NCBI GenBank assembly: GCA_013239625.1
Contig: MU054212.1
Coordinates: forward strand, 9,596,898 to 9,660,897
DNA from: Lama guanicoe
Taxonomy: Eukaryota
DNA: 64,000 nt
Direction of reading: 5' to 3'
Shown: piece after piece, positions 10,601 to 22,240 of the stretch
How positions within the stretch are numbered: position 1 is the stretch's first letter
Layout: every line of letters starts with the position of its first letter
Position numbers and translations under genes: made by a program
The notes under the pieces: generated by a model
What the model was told of the DNA's origin: nothing
The model's input: the letters and a program-made list of their open reading frames with translations, nothing else
Databases searched by the model: none

Positions 10601-12559
10601 ACTCCCTCCGTGTGGGCGAGGGGGGCACTTGTCCCCCAAACGGATCCCTTTACTGGAACGTGGGGACTTCTGCTGAACCTTGGGAGGGAGCTGGTCTGAG
10701 CTTGGCTGTGAGGGTCCTTGCACCTGGACACATGGACACATGTGTGCCCGGGTGTGGAGTCACATGTGTGCAAAGCCTTGGAAGTTTTCTTCCTTAGGGT
10801 ATTTTGTGTGGACACGTGGTGATGTTCCGGCCAGTGACTGAGCATCTGGCAGGAGGGAGCGGGGAGGGGAGGCAGTGGGGAGGTCTGCCCTGAGAGCTGC
10901 CCAAGGTGTAGCCGTCCCAGCCTCGGGAGTCCCAGTGACTTGGGATTCTGGGGGTCCTGTTGCTTTCCCTGTACAGTGCACTCCACAACAACACTCGGGC
11001 TGGCCTCCAGGCTAGCGTGGTGGGTGTCAGCACACATTCTCCTACAAACCCCGAGCTCAGGAAAGGTAGTCACCTCCCAGGCTGGGGCATTCCTCCTGAC
11101 TTCAGAGATGCCGTGTCCATTTGGAGAGTGAAGTGGATCGGTGGCTGTCTGAGCTCCTGGGCTTATGCCTCTGACGGCTGGGCTGGGTTCAGCCCTGACT
11201 GAACTGGGGTCCCTCACGCAGGTGACAGATACTGGGCCCTCGGTACAGTATCTCAGTGTTTCTTGAGAGGCTTCAGGTAGTGCTCCATAGGGTGAGGAAT
11301 TCATGGAGGAGCCTGTGAATTCCCTGAATTAGGGAGCAGCCTCGGAGCCAGGAGGGGATCCTGTAGGGATGTGGTCTTGTGGCTGACCACTCATTCATTC
11401 ACTTACTCTTCCATTCAACACATATTCCTGAATTGAGCGCCCTCTCCTGTCCACCAGCCCCACAGGCCTGAGAGTGGACCTCAGGGGTCAGCACTCTCTC
11501 CATCATCTACACCAGGGCCCGCCAGACTGAGATCTCTGGGCGAGAGGCTGTTGAGTTTTCCCAGATGGTCAGGGTAAACACGTCTGGGTCTTGAAGGATG
11601 TGCCCATGCTGATGGAGATAACGGTGACAGTGAATCACATACACAGAAGATGATAGGCATCAATCTCACCACCCCGAGATACTGGCAGAAATCTCATGGC
11701 AGCCACAGCCTGAATGCCTCTCATGATGGGGTGCTCACTCCTCCTGTAAGTCCGATGTCTCTACTAGACACGCTTCATGGATGTCAAGCTGAAGCCTGAG
11801 CCACTTGCAAACTCCACCCCTTTCCACCCCCTGCATTCATATGGGAAATGCCTAGTTTCTCTTCTTGAGGACCCCTGGTCGCAGTGGGGATGATGGTGAT
11901 GGGTGGGGAAGAACACCAGCCTTTGAGACGCCCTGGGGTGGGGTCTCAGGGGGATGTGGTGGTCTAGGAAGCTAGGTGTCAGTAGATTAGACTGTCACCT
12001 GCAGGAAACTGATCCATCCATGTGAGAATGACCAGCTCCGTGGTATGGCTGTGTGTCCTGCAGGCTGTGCTGTTCCTCGGGAAATCAGTGGCCCTGGCGA
12101 TCCCAGAAGAGTGGAGAGGGTAGCATCTACTCTGGTCACCACCTTAGGATTCTGACTGCTGTTGACAGGAGAGGAAATCTGTACCATGGCCCATGCAGGG
12201 ATGCAGACATTCAGGTAGAAATATGCAGAGTGCTCAGACATAGTACAAGAACATATATTTGAACCCACATTTTAGGGGAGAGTCTGGAAGCACTTTACAT
12301 GAGAACTGTTGGGGGAGGGGTGGGAGCATCACATTGGCTCCAAAGGGCTGGAAAGCGGTGGATGGAAGGAGTCAGGATGTAAAACATCTCCTGCTCCAAC
12401 AAGGGGCAGGGCCACCTTGCAGCAAGGGGACAGCCACCTGTCCCGTGACAATGCTCCAGAAAATCCTGGGCTGCAACTGCATGCATGTTCTGTTGGGCCT
12501 AATGGCCACTTTAGTTGCTTCTGACACTAGAATTGTGTGATGATGAAAGAAAGTGCTCC

Positions 12560-12750
12560 CAGGAGCCAGAGAGGCTAAGGTTTCCAGCGTGGCTCTATGT
12601 GACCTTGAACAGCTTACTTGACTCTGCTGAGCCTCAGTTCCCTCATCTGTAAAAGGGAAATGATAATTCTTACAAGTAAAGGTTGTGCTATGAGTGTTAA
12701 ACAAGATAGTCACACGAAGCTGCTAACAATGCTTGCATCATAGCGGGTAT
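12560..12750 (+). mobile_element. MIR SINE
   Basis: tgtgaccttgaacagcttacttgactctgctgagcctcagttccctcatctgtaaaagggaaatgataat. Confidence 0.88.
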
Positions 12751-13539
12751 TTATCTCTCTAACGGATTCCTGAGGCCATTAGGCTCAAGATTGTCCTCCT
12801 CCAGGAAGTCTGCCATGATTAATCCCATCCCTTACTGACTGATCTAGGTCTCTCTGCTAGGATTCACACACTCTCCTTGTTTGTAGTCTACACAAAAATG
12901 AGAGTCTACAGGTTACAGAGTGTATATATGTGTGTCCCAGTCTCAGAGGATGGAGGGACATGGTAGGTGCCACCTCCAGCTTCTTTCCTCCCTCATCTGC
13001 CTCTACCTAGCCTCCTAGAGCCATCCCCAAGAGGGTTGCGGCCACTTTGCATCTGTACAAGAATTTAGACTGGGGGAAAACAACCAAGCGTGCGCATGCG
13101 CACATACACACAGACAGCAGCACGTGGCAGGCTTTCTACCTCCTCCCAAGTCCTCCTGCTCCCTGCTGGCAGTCCCTGGGGGCCCTCAATGACAGCGACT
13201 TTCTCTGAGCAGCTTCAGCTTGGAAAGCACGCGGGCTGAGCCCTGGCTGCTCCGGCAGCAGCTTCACCTCTCACGGAGTAACTGACCCCACTTCTGTTCT
13301 GCTTCCTGTTGTGGCAGCCTTGGCAGGGAAGGGTCCCTGCCTCACAGGACTGGGGAGGAGAGTGCAGAGCAGGAGTGAGGAGCGGGCATCCATCCTGCCC
13401 TGCCTTCAGCAGCCTCACTCTGCCCATCCCTCTTGGACTGGACACGCCCCTGGGCCTCTGCCCTCCAGGCAGCCCCCAAACCTCCCCAGGGAGCACAGGC
13501 CAGAGTCCAAGGGAGGATGGCTGGGGTCCCTGCAGCCAG

Positions 13540-13660
13540 CTCCTGGTCTTGTGACCCTAGGCGAGTTAACCTCTCTGAACCTCAGAGCCATCATCTGGGA
13601 AATAATGGGTGGGGGGGGAATAATAGCCCGTGTTTGAGCTAGTGTATGTGAAGATGTGCT
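13540..13660 (+). mobile_element. MIR SINE remnant
   Basis: tgtgaccctaggcgagttaacctctctgaacctcag...catctgggaaat...aataatag. Confidence 0.75.
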
Positions 13661-14261
13661 GTGTGTCTCAGGGGACAAAGCCAATGCAAGAGAGTGTGTT
13701 TAATTTTACCACTCCTATTAGTGAGAGGAAGCCCCTTGGGTTGTAGCATGTGCTGGATTTCATGATGGGCCGCCAGCGTGCTGTCCCCCAGTGTGGTCCC
13801 TGGGGCACAGGTGTGTCTGTATGAGCATGCACGCCGGTGGTGGGGGGGTGCTGCTGCCGAGCCATACTAGTCCTCCCGTCAAAGCGGGAGGTCCTGGGAC
13901 CATGTGGGTACCAGTTAGAGTTGAAAGTGCCTTCACCAGGAGAGGTGAATGTTGTGTTGAAAATAGACCAAGGCCGAGTGGGGAAGTAGAGGATATTCAC
14001 TGTGGTTATGTTTGTGCTGGGCTGCAAAGAGGGTTTTCTATCCTTACTTCCTAAAAATTTCATTGAATGAGAAGAGGCTGAAAGAAACGTGAGTGGAAAT
14101 GACTGTATCTGCTGGAGTTTTTTTGTGAAGCTCTGTGTGCATTCGAGTTGGGGCCCGTGTGCCCTGACCGGCCATCCATGATCCTGTGTGTGTGAGGGCC
14201 AGGGGTGCCACTTCTTGGGGTGACACCCCTAAGGTTCCGGGAGGCCGGAAACCTCAGAGGA

Positions 14262-14293
14262 TGCAGTTCTCAAAACAACCACCAGATGGCGCC
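14262..14293 (+). promoter_or_regulatory. Extended CTCF site (upstream module + core, forward)
   Basis: TGCAGTTCT at 14262 followed by a consensus core CCACCAGATGGCGC at 14279-14292. Confidence 0.85.
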
Positions 14294-14385
14294 CAGGTGC
14301 AGCCTAAGGGTTTAGCGCTGCGCGTCTGGGCCAGGCAGGGCTTTGTGTTCAGCCTCCATGCCTGACCCCGCCCATGGGGTGGGGA

Positions 14386-14446
14386 GTGTGTGTGTGTGTG
14401 TGTGTGTGCGTGCGCGCGCGTGTGTGTGTGTGTGGTGTGTGTGTGG

Positions 14447-14477
<31 letters not shown>

Positions 14478-14493
14478 TGTGTGTGTGGTGTGT
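14386..14493. repeat. Compound (TG)n/(CG)n microsatellite
   Basis: Direct read; includes gcgtgcgcgcgcg and several gg interruptions. Confidence 0.95.
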
Positions 14494-14694
14494 CTGGAGC
14501 AGGGGCAGGAAGAGACCACCTGATTGCCGGCCGGGCACCTGTGCTTGTATACCGAATGGCATCTTCCTCCCTGCCATGACCACCAGGGCGCTGCCCACAC
14601 TCCATGCCCTGTAAACCCTGTCTCCCCCGGAATATGTGTGCCGACAAGCTGGCGGCTGCATAGGTGTTAAGCAGACCCCATGCAGCCTCCCTGT

Positions 14695-15050
14695 CTCCAG
14701 ATCCTCACCTTTCATCCCTGCCAGGCTGGCCTTCACGGTGGTTTGTCCCTTCCTCCTTTACCCACAGGGAGTATGTTCCCCTTGCCAAGAACCGCCTCCC
14801 TCCACCTCAACTCCTACCCCTCCTCCAGAGATTTCTGTCTAAGACCCCCTTCTCCAGGAAGCCCGTTAGGTCTCCCCATCATCAACCGCTTGCTCTCCGC
14901 CCCTGACTTTGCTCTTCCTCTGACCACCCCCGGCCCAGGACTCTGTTGGGCCCACAATGTTTAGCAACTGCCTTGAGGCGGTTCATTCCTGAATCTCCCC
15001 AGACAAGCTGAGTCTTATAAGGGCGAGGTGGTGCTCAGCCTGGGCCCAGG
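14695..15050 (+). mobile_element. L2 remnant
   Basis: aactcctacccctcctccag...cccttctccaggaagccc...tctccccagacaagctgagtctt is typical of L2 3' sequence. Confidence 0.55.
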
Positions 15051-17399
15051 TACCCAGCGGAAGTGTTAGGTACAAGCCAGGAACACATTCCCCTGACTTG
15101 CCTGCCCCATGGGGCCCCAGGGAGCCAGTGTCAAGGACAGACTTGGATGACATCCTGCAAACAGCCCTTGGGACACAGGACTAGTGACTTCAGCTGTGGC
15201 TGAGCCCTGGGGTGCTGAAGGGCAGAGGCAAAAAAGTGGTAACAGGAGGTGGTTCCTGGGGGCTGTTTTTCAGACCCTAAGGTGGGCCGTCTGCTTTCTA
15301 GACAGGTTGGGAAAGGTGGCAGTATTCCTTCGCTGCAGCAGGAGGAACTCCAGTTAGACTCTGGAAAAACTCATCCTTGCTGCAACGAAGAGAGACTCTG
15401 GTGTGAGGCATGATTCTCCCTGGAACTATGGCCATGCTGCCAGCTACATCTGCCTGGCTTTCCGTGCTTTCCGCCGTATCTGCTATGCATGCACTGACCC
15501 TGCATTATGCACTGGCGAAGGGTCTGCAGAGGCACGCAGCTGCTCGTGAACCTGAAGGCAGGAGCTGTCGCTGTCCGCTTGACAGATGAGGGGCACGTGG
15601 CTGGAGGCGAGGACTCGCCCTGGTGGCCCAGCCTGCCAGCGGCCTTGCCGCCTCCTGGATTTCATCCCCCCGGGTTGCATGCAGGAGTCCTTCACCTGTT
15701 TTGAAGCCGCTTCAAAACTCGGAGAGGAGTATGCCCTCCCCAACCCCGTCAGTGCCTGTAACCCCAAATTCCACCTGCTGGAACCCTCTTCCTGTTTGCC
15801 CAGAGTCTGCACAAGCCCACGTGTGCAGGATGTAAGATGTGGTGAGGAGGGGAGAATCAAAGCAAGGGGGTGGAGAGGGGCTGTGGTGTGTGAGCCCCTT
15901 GGGAGACCTCGGGTGGTTCATCTCTGGAGGAGGGGCTAGGGACTCAGGACCTCGGGGATGGGTGGAGCTCCTCTAAGGATCTGGTCCAGGCCTGCACCCC
16001 AGCAGGGGCTGCTCCCCACCACCCCTTCCCTAAAAGGGAACTGCAAGACAGCCAGGAGTTGCCTTTCTTTTATATTCATTGTCCTGTAAGGGACCCTCAT
16101 TAGGAGATAAGGTGGGGGAGCAGGAGAGAGATGAATGGAGAGGGATGGGACAGAGAAAGTGGTGGTGGGGGGAGTGAGGCAGAGATGCCAGGGGGCCAAG
16201 CGCAGAGCAAAGGGTCAGGCCTGAGAGGAGGGTGTGACCTGGAGCCTCAGTCTGAGCTGGCGGGGGAAGCGGTGAGGTGGGCGCCGTGGGCTCCCCCGAG
16301 GGGCGGCTGCAGCAGCCAGCACGTGGATGGTGGGTGCTTCACAGATGTTGGAATTAAACAAGCACTTTGCTTAGGGGATGGGGCAGGCTTTTTGCTCCAT
16401 GGAGCGGTGCCTGGGGAATCCCTCGGAGGACCCCTTGGGGAGTAGCCGGCTTCCTGGGAAACGGAAGGGAGGAAACTGCAGGGTGGGACCCCCTGTAGGC
16501 GCCTGCCTTTGGGGCAGGACTCAGGCAGGCATCCTGCTGCTCCAGGCTGAAGGGAAAGTGGAAAGAGGCCCCCAGGAGGCTGGGGGTCCTGAGATAGAAA
16601 TGCAGGAGCCCCTCCTCCAAAGCTAAGGTCTCCCCTGCCCCCTCCCTCAGGGGCCTCTTTAGCCCCTGGGGACTCCCGCTTATTGCGCGGCTGGCCCACC
16701 CACCCTGCTTGGCCTCTCCGCCCCAAGACAGACCCTACCCCTCCCAGCGTGCGCCTGACCCACTGCACCCCCAGGAGTTCTGTCCCAGTTCCTGGAATGG
16801 CAGCTGGGCAGGTTACACACATTTAATTACTAGTAATTAAAAAACTGATTACTCCAAATGGTGCCTTCCTGGGGAGAGTCATGCTGGGCCAGTCCTCCTG
16901 GCCCACTGTGGAGCCATCCCTGGGGCGTGGGGCAGGGACGTCCCACAGTCACCTCCCATGTGTGGCAGGGGAAGGAGGAGCTCCTCCCTGGTCCAGAACC
17001 GCGCCCACCTCCTCCGCCTGGCCTAATATCACACCATTAGAGTGTCACCTATTGAATGAGTTACAAGTCCCTTTCTCCAAGTCCTCTTCTGAACGTACGA
17101 GGGGGAAGACACACTCAGAATACAAGAAGTCAGAAGGGAGGCGCCTTCACGGGGAGGCCCAAGACAGGGCTTGGGGCCCCTAGGGAGGAGGCAGAAGATG
17201 AACTCAGAGTGGGAAATGGGTGTGACAGAGTTGCCAGTTTCATAACTGGCATCCTGGAACTAATTTCCTTTAGTCATCCTGTAACTGAGGTTCAGTGAGT
17301 ACCTGGGTACACGGCATGGATGGCCCTGCCCTGATGGACCACCCAGTCCAGGGCAGGGGGCAGACACCACATACACAAGCACAGGGGCAGGACAGAGAT

Positions 17400-17710
17400 A
17401 AATGCTGGGGGTGCCCAGTTTAGAAAGGGCAGTTGGAGAAGTCATCTCTGTGGTGACACTGAGGGTGAGCACAAGGAGCCAGTGAGGGGGTGGGGGAAGG
17501 TGGGGAGAGCTCTTGGGGCAATGGGAGCTGCTTGTGCAAAGGTCCTGGGGTGGGCACAAGGAGGCATGGGATGGAGGGGGCAGGAAGAAGGCTGCGGCTG
17601 GGCTGGGGAAATCAGCAGGCCCCCAGGATGGCGTCCTCATTCCAGCAGCACTGGGGAGTCCTTGATGGGTGTGAAGGAGGTGGGTGTCTGACCTGCACTA
17701 TGGAGGGTGC
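17400..17710 (-). mobile_element. L2 remnant
   Basis: gggagctgcttgtgcaaaggtcctgggg...gaaggctgcggctgg...attccagcagcactggggagtccttgatgggtg resembles antisense L2. Confidence 0.6.
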
Positions 17711-18315
17711 AGTGGAGGGAAGGAGGGAGGGGATGGGGGGATGGGAGCGGTGAGGGGTGAGAGGTGACCTGGAGATGGGCCTCTAGGACCTGCCAATGGT
17801 GGGCTTACTGCCTGGGGAAGCAGTTTCCAGCCGTAGCAAGAGCCTTTGGGGGAGACCCTGGGGGGCTCGCCTGCCTGACCGTGGTGCCTGCAGAGAGACC
17901 TGCAGTCTCTGAGGCATCACTGGGAAGAGAGCGGGGAGCCCAGAGCACTAGGGAGTGCCCCGGGAGTCTCCAGAGTTTCCCTGTCACCCCACCCTCCCTA
18001 GCCAAGTGGGTTGGTGACAGCAGCCACGAAGGGCAGCTTTACCGGTGGCATCACATGAAGATGCTGACGCACTGCTGAGCTTATCAATCAGGAGACCGTG
18101 ATGCCAGTTATTCATTTATTAATAAGTTTCCTGGAGCCTCCCCGGCCTGCGCCAGCCTCTCTGGGCCTGAGTGTCTGCTTTTATCCTGGAAAGTGCCTGG
18201 GCAGGTCCCCCTCCCACACTGAGCAGGTGCACACCCTCTGCTGGAGGTTCCTCCCTGGTCCTGCCCCTACCTCACTCTAACCTGAGCACCGGTCTGGAGG
18301 CATCAGAGCTACCTC

Positions 18316-18395
18316 TACACCTGCCTACAGATGTCCTACACCTGCCCTGTACCTGCCTACACCTGCCCACACCTACCTTACACCTGCCTGCATCT
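18316..18395. repeat. Short tandem repeat, 21-bp period (10+11 bp subunits)
   Basis: TACACCTGCC at 18316, 18337, 18358 and 18379, with degenerate copies between. Confidence 0.9.
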
Positions 18396-20239
18396 ATCAG
18401 GCATCCCCGGCCCCACTGGGAGAAGAGTTTCAACAGGAAGTATGAGGAGCCATGTAGACCCGATGTTCCTAAGGATTTGGGGTGTGAGGGTACACAGAGT
18501 TCAACTCCTGAATGGGGTGGGGAGTTGGGGGTGGAGAAGCCACTGGGTTCTGGGAGCAGGTGGGAGGTCTTCCTGGAGGAGGAAGAGGTCAAAGAGCAGA
18601 ATTTGGCCCCCCTGGGCTCACCTCCTGCAACCTGGCGTGTAGGGGCAGGAGTTCGTTCAGGAGCCTCAGATTAGGGCTCAGGCCAAGGAAGGGCCTCCCT
18701 GAGGGCTCCCTTTGTCCCTCTTTCCAGCTGGTTCTAATGCTCCAGCTCAAACAGGGTCCAGTCAGGTGTGGGGAGGGGGTGCCTGAGATCAGCCCGGGTG
18801 CTTCTCCCCAAGCCTGGCCTCCAGGCCTGCCCATCCCTGCCCGCTTGCCCGGTTCCCTCGACCCCCAGTTCCTCTGCCTTTTGCTCGGGCTGTTTTCTCT
18901 TGATTCCCTTTTCTCTCCTTCTCTGAACAGCTTGGCGGAAAGAGCACAGAAATCAGTTGCCATTTGAGCCCTCTTAGCCTCAGTTTCCTCCTCTGCTAAG
19001 CAGGGTCACACGTCCTTCTCCTGGGTGCCATGAAACTCAGATGAGACATACACACATGCACGTGCCCTGAAAATCAGACAGAGTTGTCATCCCTCCCACT
19101 AGGGTGTGTCTCCCTGTCCATCCCAAAGCACAGTGGGGGCTCTGGGCCTGGGGGCTCTAGAACCCTCCCCCAGGCTCCCCATCACACAGGCCTCGGGGTC
19201 CAGAGGGCCCAGGCTGGATCTCCCTCCCCTTTTCCACCTGCCTGGATTTGCAGCTCAGTGGACAGGATGGAGGCGCTGGAAAGTCTGGGGCATAACTCCT
19301 TTGTGGATTCATTCGCTCAGCATCCAAGACAATCCAGGATCGTCCTCATCTCCCTCCTTTGTTCCCTTCTCACCGCTCCCTCCTTCCCTTCTCTTCTTCA
19401 GGGAAGCCTTATTATCCGGCCTACTGAGGTGAGGCACCGCCCATCCTGTCCCTCTGCTCCTGGAAGACGGGAGGGCAGCCACTCAGGACCGCCCCGGGGG
19501 GCAGTGAAGTGATGGGAGCCGTGGTCTGGAGGAGGGAGGAGTCAGGCTGGGTGGGGAGAGGCTGCTGCCTGATGAGCCCCCCAAAGATCACCCCTGAGGT
19601 GGATGAGCAAGGAAATAATAAGGTGTGAAGGTAAGGAGGGCCCTGGGGGGAAAAGCCCCGTGCCCGGGCTGGGTGACAAGCAGGAGGGAAAGGCTGGACG
19701 TGGACGAAGGGTACCACACTTCGTGGAAATCACATCAGAAAACGCCGAGACTAGGGGCATCTGCTGTTCCATTTCCTAAAATGACTCCTGCCTTCCCCCT
19801 GCCCCGACCCTGAATCAAGGATGAGGACAGCCCTGTTCCTCCCCTGGAGGGTCTAAGAGGAGCAGGACGGGGGTGGTGGAGGAACTAGGAGGCCTCCAGG
19901 TCCAGGTCAGGGAGCCGGGTGGCCCGTCAGGGTGCAGATGTGGCCGCCTAGGGGGCTGGGCCCTTTCCAGGCAATTTTATGGAAGAAAGATGCTGCTGGC
20001 AGAGGCCACAGGGCTTACAGGAGAGCAGGAGAGATTACAGTGGACCTAAGGAATGATTCCTCTTTTTTTTTTTATCCGAAAGACAATAGAAAGATATACC
20101 CATTCACTCCACGAGCACAGATGGAGCATGAATGATGCAGGCAGAGGCGCTGAGGCCACGGGGCCACGAAACAGCAAGTCATGGAGGACCTGCTCTCAGG
20201 CGGCTGGAGCAGCTGACTCCTGAGGACAGACAGGAGCTT

Positions 20240-20640
20240 GCCCGGAGCAGGAGCTGAGAAGGGCATTTGGGCAGAGGGAGGGCAGGTGCAAAGGCTCGGA
20301 GACAGAAAACTGTGGATGGAGGGAGGCAGGGCTGCAGGGAGGAGGAAGGGAGGTGCCGCCCAGATGTTCGCTCTTCGCCGGAGAGAAGAGAGGAGGTGGA
20401 GGTGGTTGGGGAGAAGGAAGATGGGACCAGATTGAGGCGGCTCTGAGGGTCAAGGCCAGGGGAGGGGACTGGTCACTGTGACTGGATTTGTTTTTCATTT
20501 TTTTTTTAAACTAAGGTACTGGGGATTGAACCCAGGATCTCATGCATGCTAAGCACATGCTCCACCACTGAGCTATACCCTCCCCGCTATTTGTAAGGCC
20601 ACTCTGGCAGAGGTCTTGAAGTCAGGCGGTGGCAGTGGGA
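20240..20640 (-). mobile_element. L2 remnant hosting a SINE
   Basis: gaagggcatttgggcagagggagggcaggtgcaaaggctcggag...actggatttg[SINE]atttgtaaggccactctggc. Confidence 0.55.
20492..20585 (-). mobile_element. Vic-1-like SINE, short form
   Basis: tRNA-Ala-like head (gggtatagctcagtggtggagcatgtgcttagcatgcatgagatcctgggttcaatccccagtacc) joined almost directly to an A tail; possible TSD ATTTGT at 20486 and 20589. Confidence 0.88.
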
Positions 20641-20759
20641 TGTAAGGGAGGGGCAACCAGAGACTGGGTCAGGAGCCAGACTTGAGAGAATTCAGGGTCC
20701 AGCTGGGTAGATAAGGGCCATTAGCAGCCAGGGCCAGGCACATGACACGGCAGAACCAC

Positions 20760-21570
20760 GTTCCCACCATGACAAATGCCTGAGACCGTACCGTCCACAT
20801 AATCGTGACCTTTCTGGAAGCTTCTCAACTCAGGAAGAGATTTACTGTTTATTTCAGGAACTTCCTGAAAATCCTGAACAGTAAACCCCTTGAATGTGCC
20901 TTCCTGGGCAAACCTGCTCGCCTGTGAGTGGCTGTTCCCTCATCCTCACCTGCTCAAAGCCCTCACCTGGCTGTGTCTGTCAGTTCCAAACCGTGATACC
21001 ATGGGCTCCGGCAAGGACTGGCTCCTTGATGCAACTTTGGCCAAGCACCTCGACGCCCACTGGGCTTGGTATCTGTCCTTGCGGGGCCTCCTCACCCAGT
21101 TTTAGCGAGAATCCTGCCAAGTCCATTTAGAGAGAATCACCCTGGCCTGCCTTCATCTAGAGTCCTGTCAAGTCAGAATCCCCTCACCCCGATGTCTCCT
21201 CTTCGGAATTTTCCTTCTGCTGTGCTGGTCCCCCCACTCCGCTCCTTGGCTTTAAAGACCCCACTTGCCCATGTTGCATTTAGAACCGAGCCCAGTTCTA
21301 TACTGAGGTCTCTTGTCTCCTATTGCAACCATCCATGAATAAAATCTGTTTTTACTGCTTTGACCACTGTCCAGCTCTGATTTTATTTTGACAAGCCCCT
21401 CCAATCCCAATCAGGTCCTCACATTGCACGACTCACCTGCAACCAGACCCCCAACCCTCTAAATGCTTTCCCCCTCCGAGACAGCACTAAGACCGCCAAG
21501 ATGGTGGGCAGTGGACTTGGCTTTGCTTGATCAGTGGGTTAATCTGCTGGTCTTTTCAGGGAGACAGGCT
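20760..21570 (+). mobile_element. Old ERV1-type solo LTR (MER67-like), split by a nested LTR
   Basis: 5' part (cttctcaactcaggaagagatttactgtttatttcagg) and 3' part (gagacagcactaagacc...gctttgcttgatca...ctggtcttttcagggag) resemble the recalled MER67 consensus. Confidence 0.45.
21009..21393 (+). mobile_element. MER31-like ERV1 solo LTR
   Basis: cccagttttagcgagaatcctgc...gagcccagttctatactgaggtctc...AATAAA (21338)...tctgtttttactgcttt...tgtccagctct, ending in CA. Confidence 0.8.
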
Positions 21571-21919
21571 GAAATCAGGTGGTTTTTCAAGGATCCTTTG
21601 ATACCTCTGGAAGTGTCAAAGTATTAAAGTAGGAGGCTAGAAAATTTGAAATGTCTGGTTCTGAGTTTGGTAACTTTTCTCATCCAAGGCCCTAAGATTT
21701 TGAGACCCCCATTCCCAGGCTTCAGGCTGTGTCTGACTTGAGCTCTGAGGGCCACCCGAGGGAAGGAGGATGGGTTAGGATTCTACCCTAGCAGGGCTGC
21801 AGGCCTGGTGTTTGATCGCCTCCTCCAGGAAGCCCTGCACCAGAGGGCTTCTCCAATACCGCCTTCAAGGTGACCGGAGTCTTGCTGTCGGTCACATCTT
21901 ACCCATTATCCCCTCTTAT

Positions 21920-22240
21920 TCTTTTAAGGTTTTATTTTTGGCCAGGTAATTAGCATAGCTCTTCTCATTAATATTATCTTTAAAAAAGAAAAGGTGCTGG
22001 TGGGGAAGGGAGGGGGTTGAGAGGGAGGGGCTTGCACATGCCAGTAATTGTCTTGACAGCCGGAGATCCTGGTGCAATGAAAGTCTACTTTAAGTGGCCC
22101 AATTAGCATAAGAAACGGCTCGCCAAAAGTTCTGAAGGCATCGTGTTGATTAATGCAATTTATCTTGCAAACCAGTGGCAGACAGCTGAATCGCTGCTAA
22201 TGATTATTATATACATTTATACACATTATGTACATGCGGC
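21920..22240. promoter_or_regulatory. Strong enhancer-like motif island
   Basis: AATTAGCATA at 21948 and 22101, TGACAG 22054, TAAGTG 22091, TGATTAAT 22147. Confidence 0.6.

Noticed and set aside
14254..14736. His/Thr- and Cys/Val-repeat ORFs
   Set aside because: Translations of the TG/CA microsatellite.
18316..18395. CRISPR-like regular repeat
   Set aside because: 10-bp repeats with self-similar 11-bp spacers in mammalian DNA and no cas genes; a tandem repeat.
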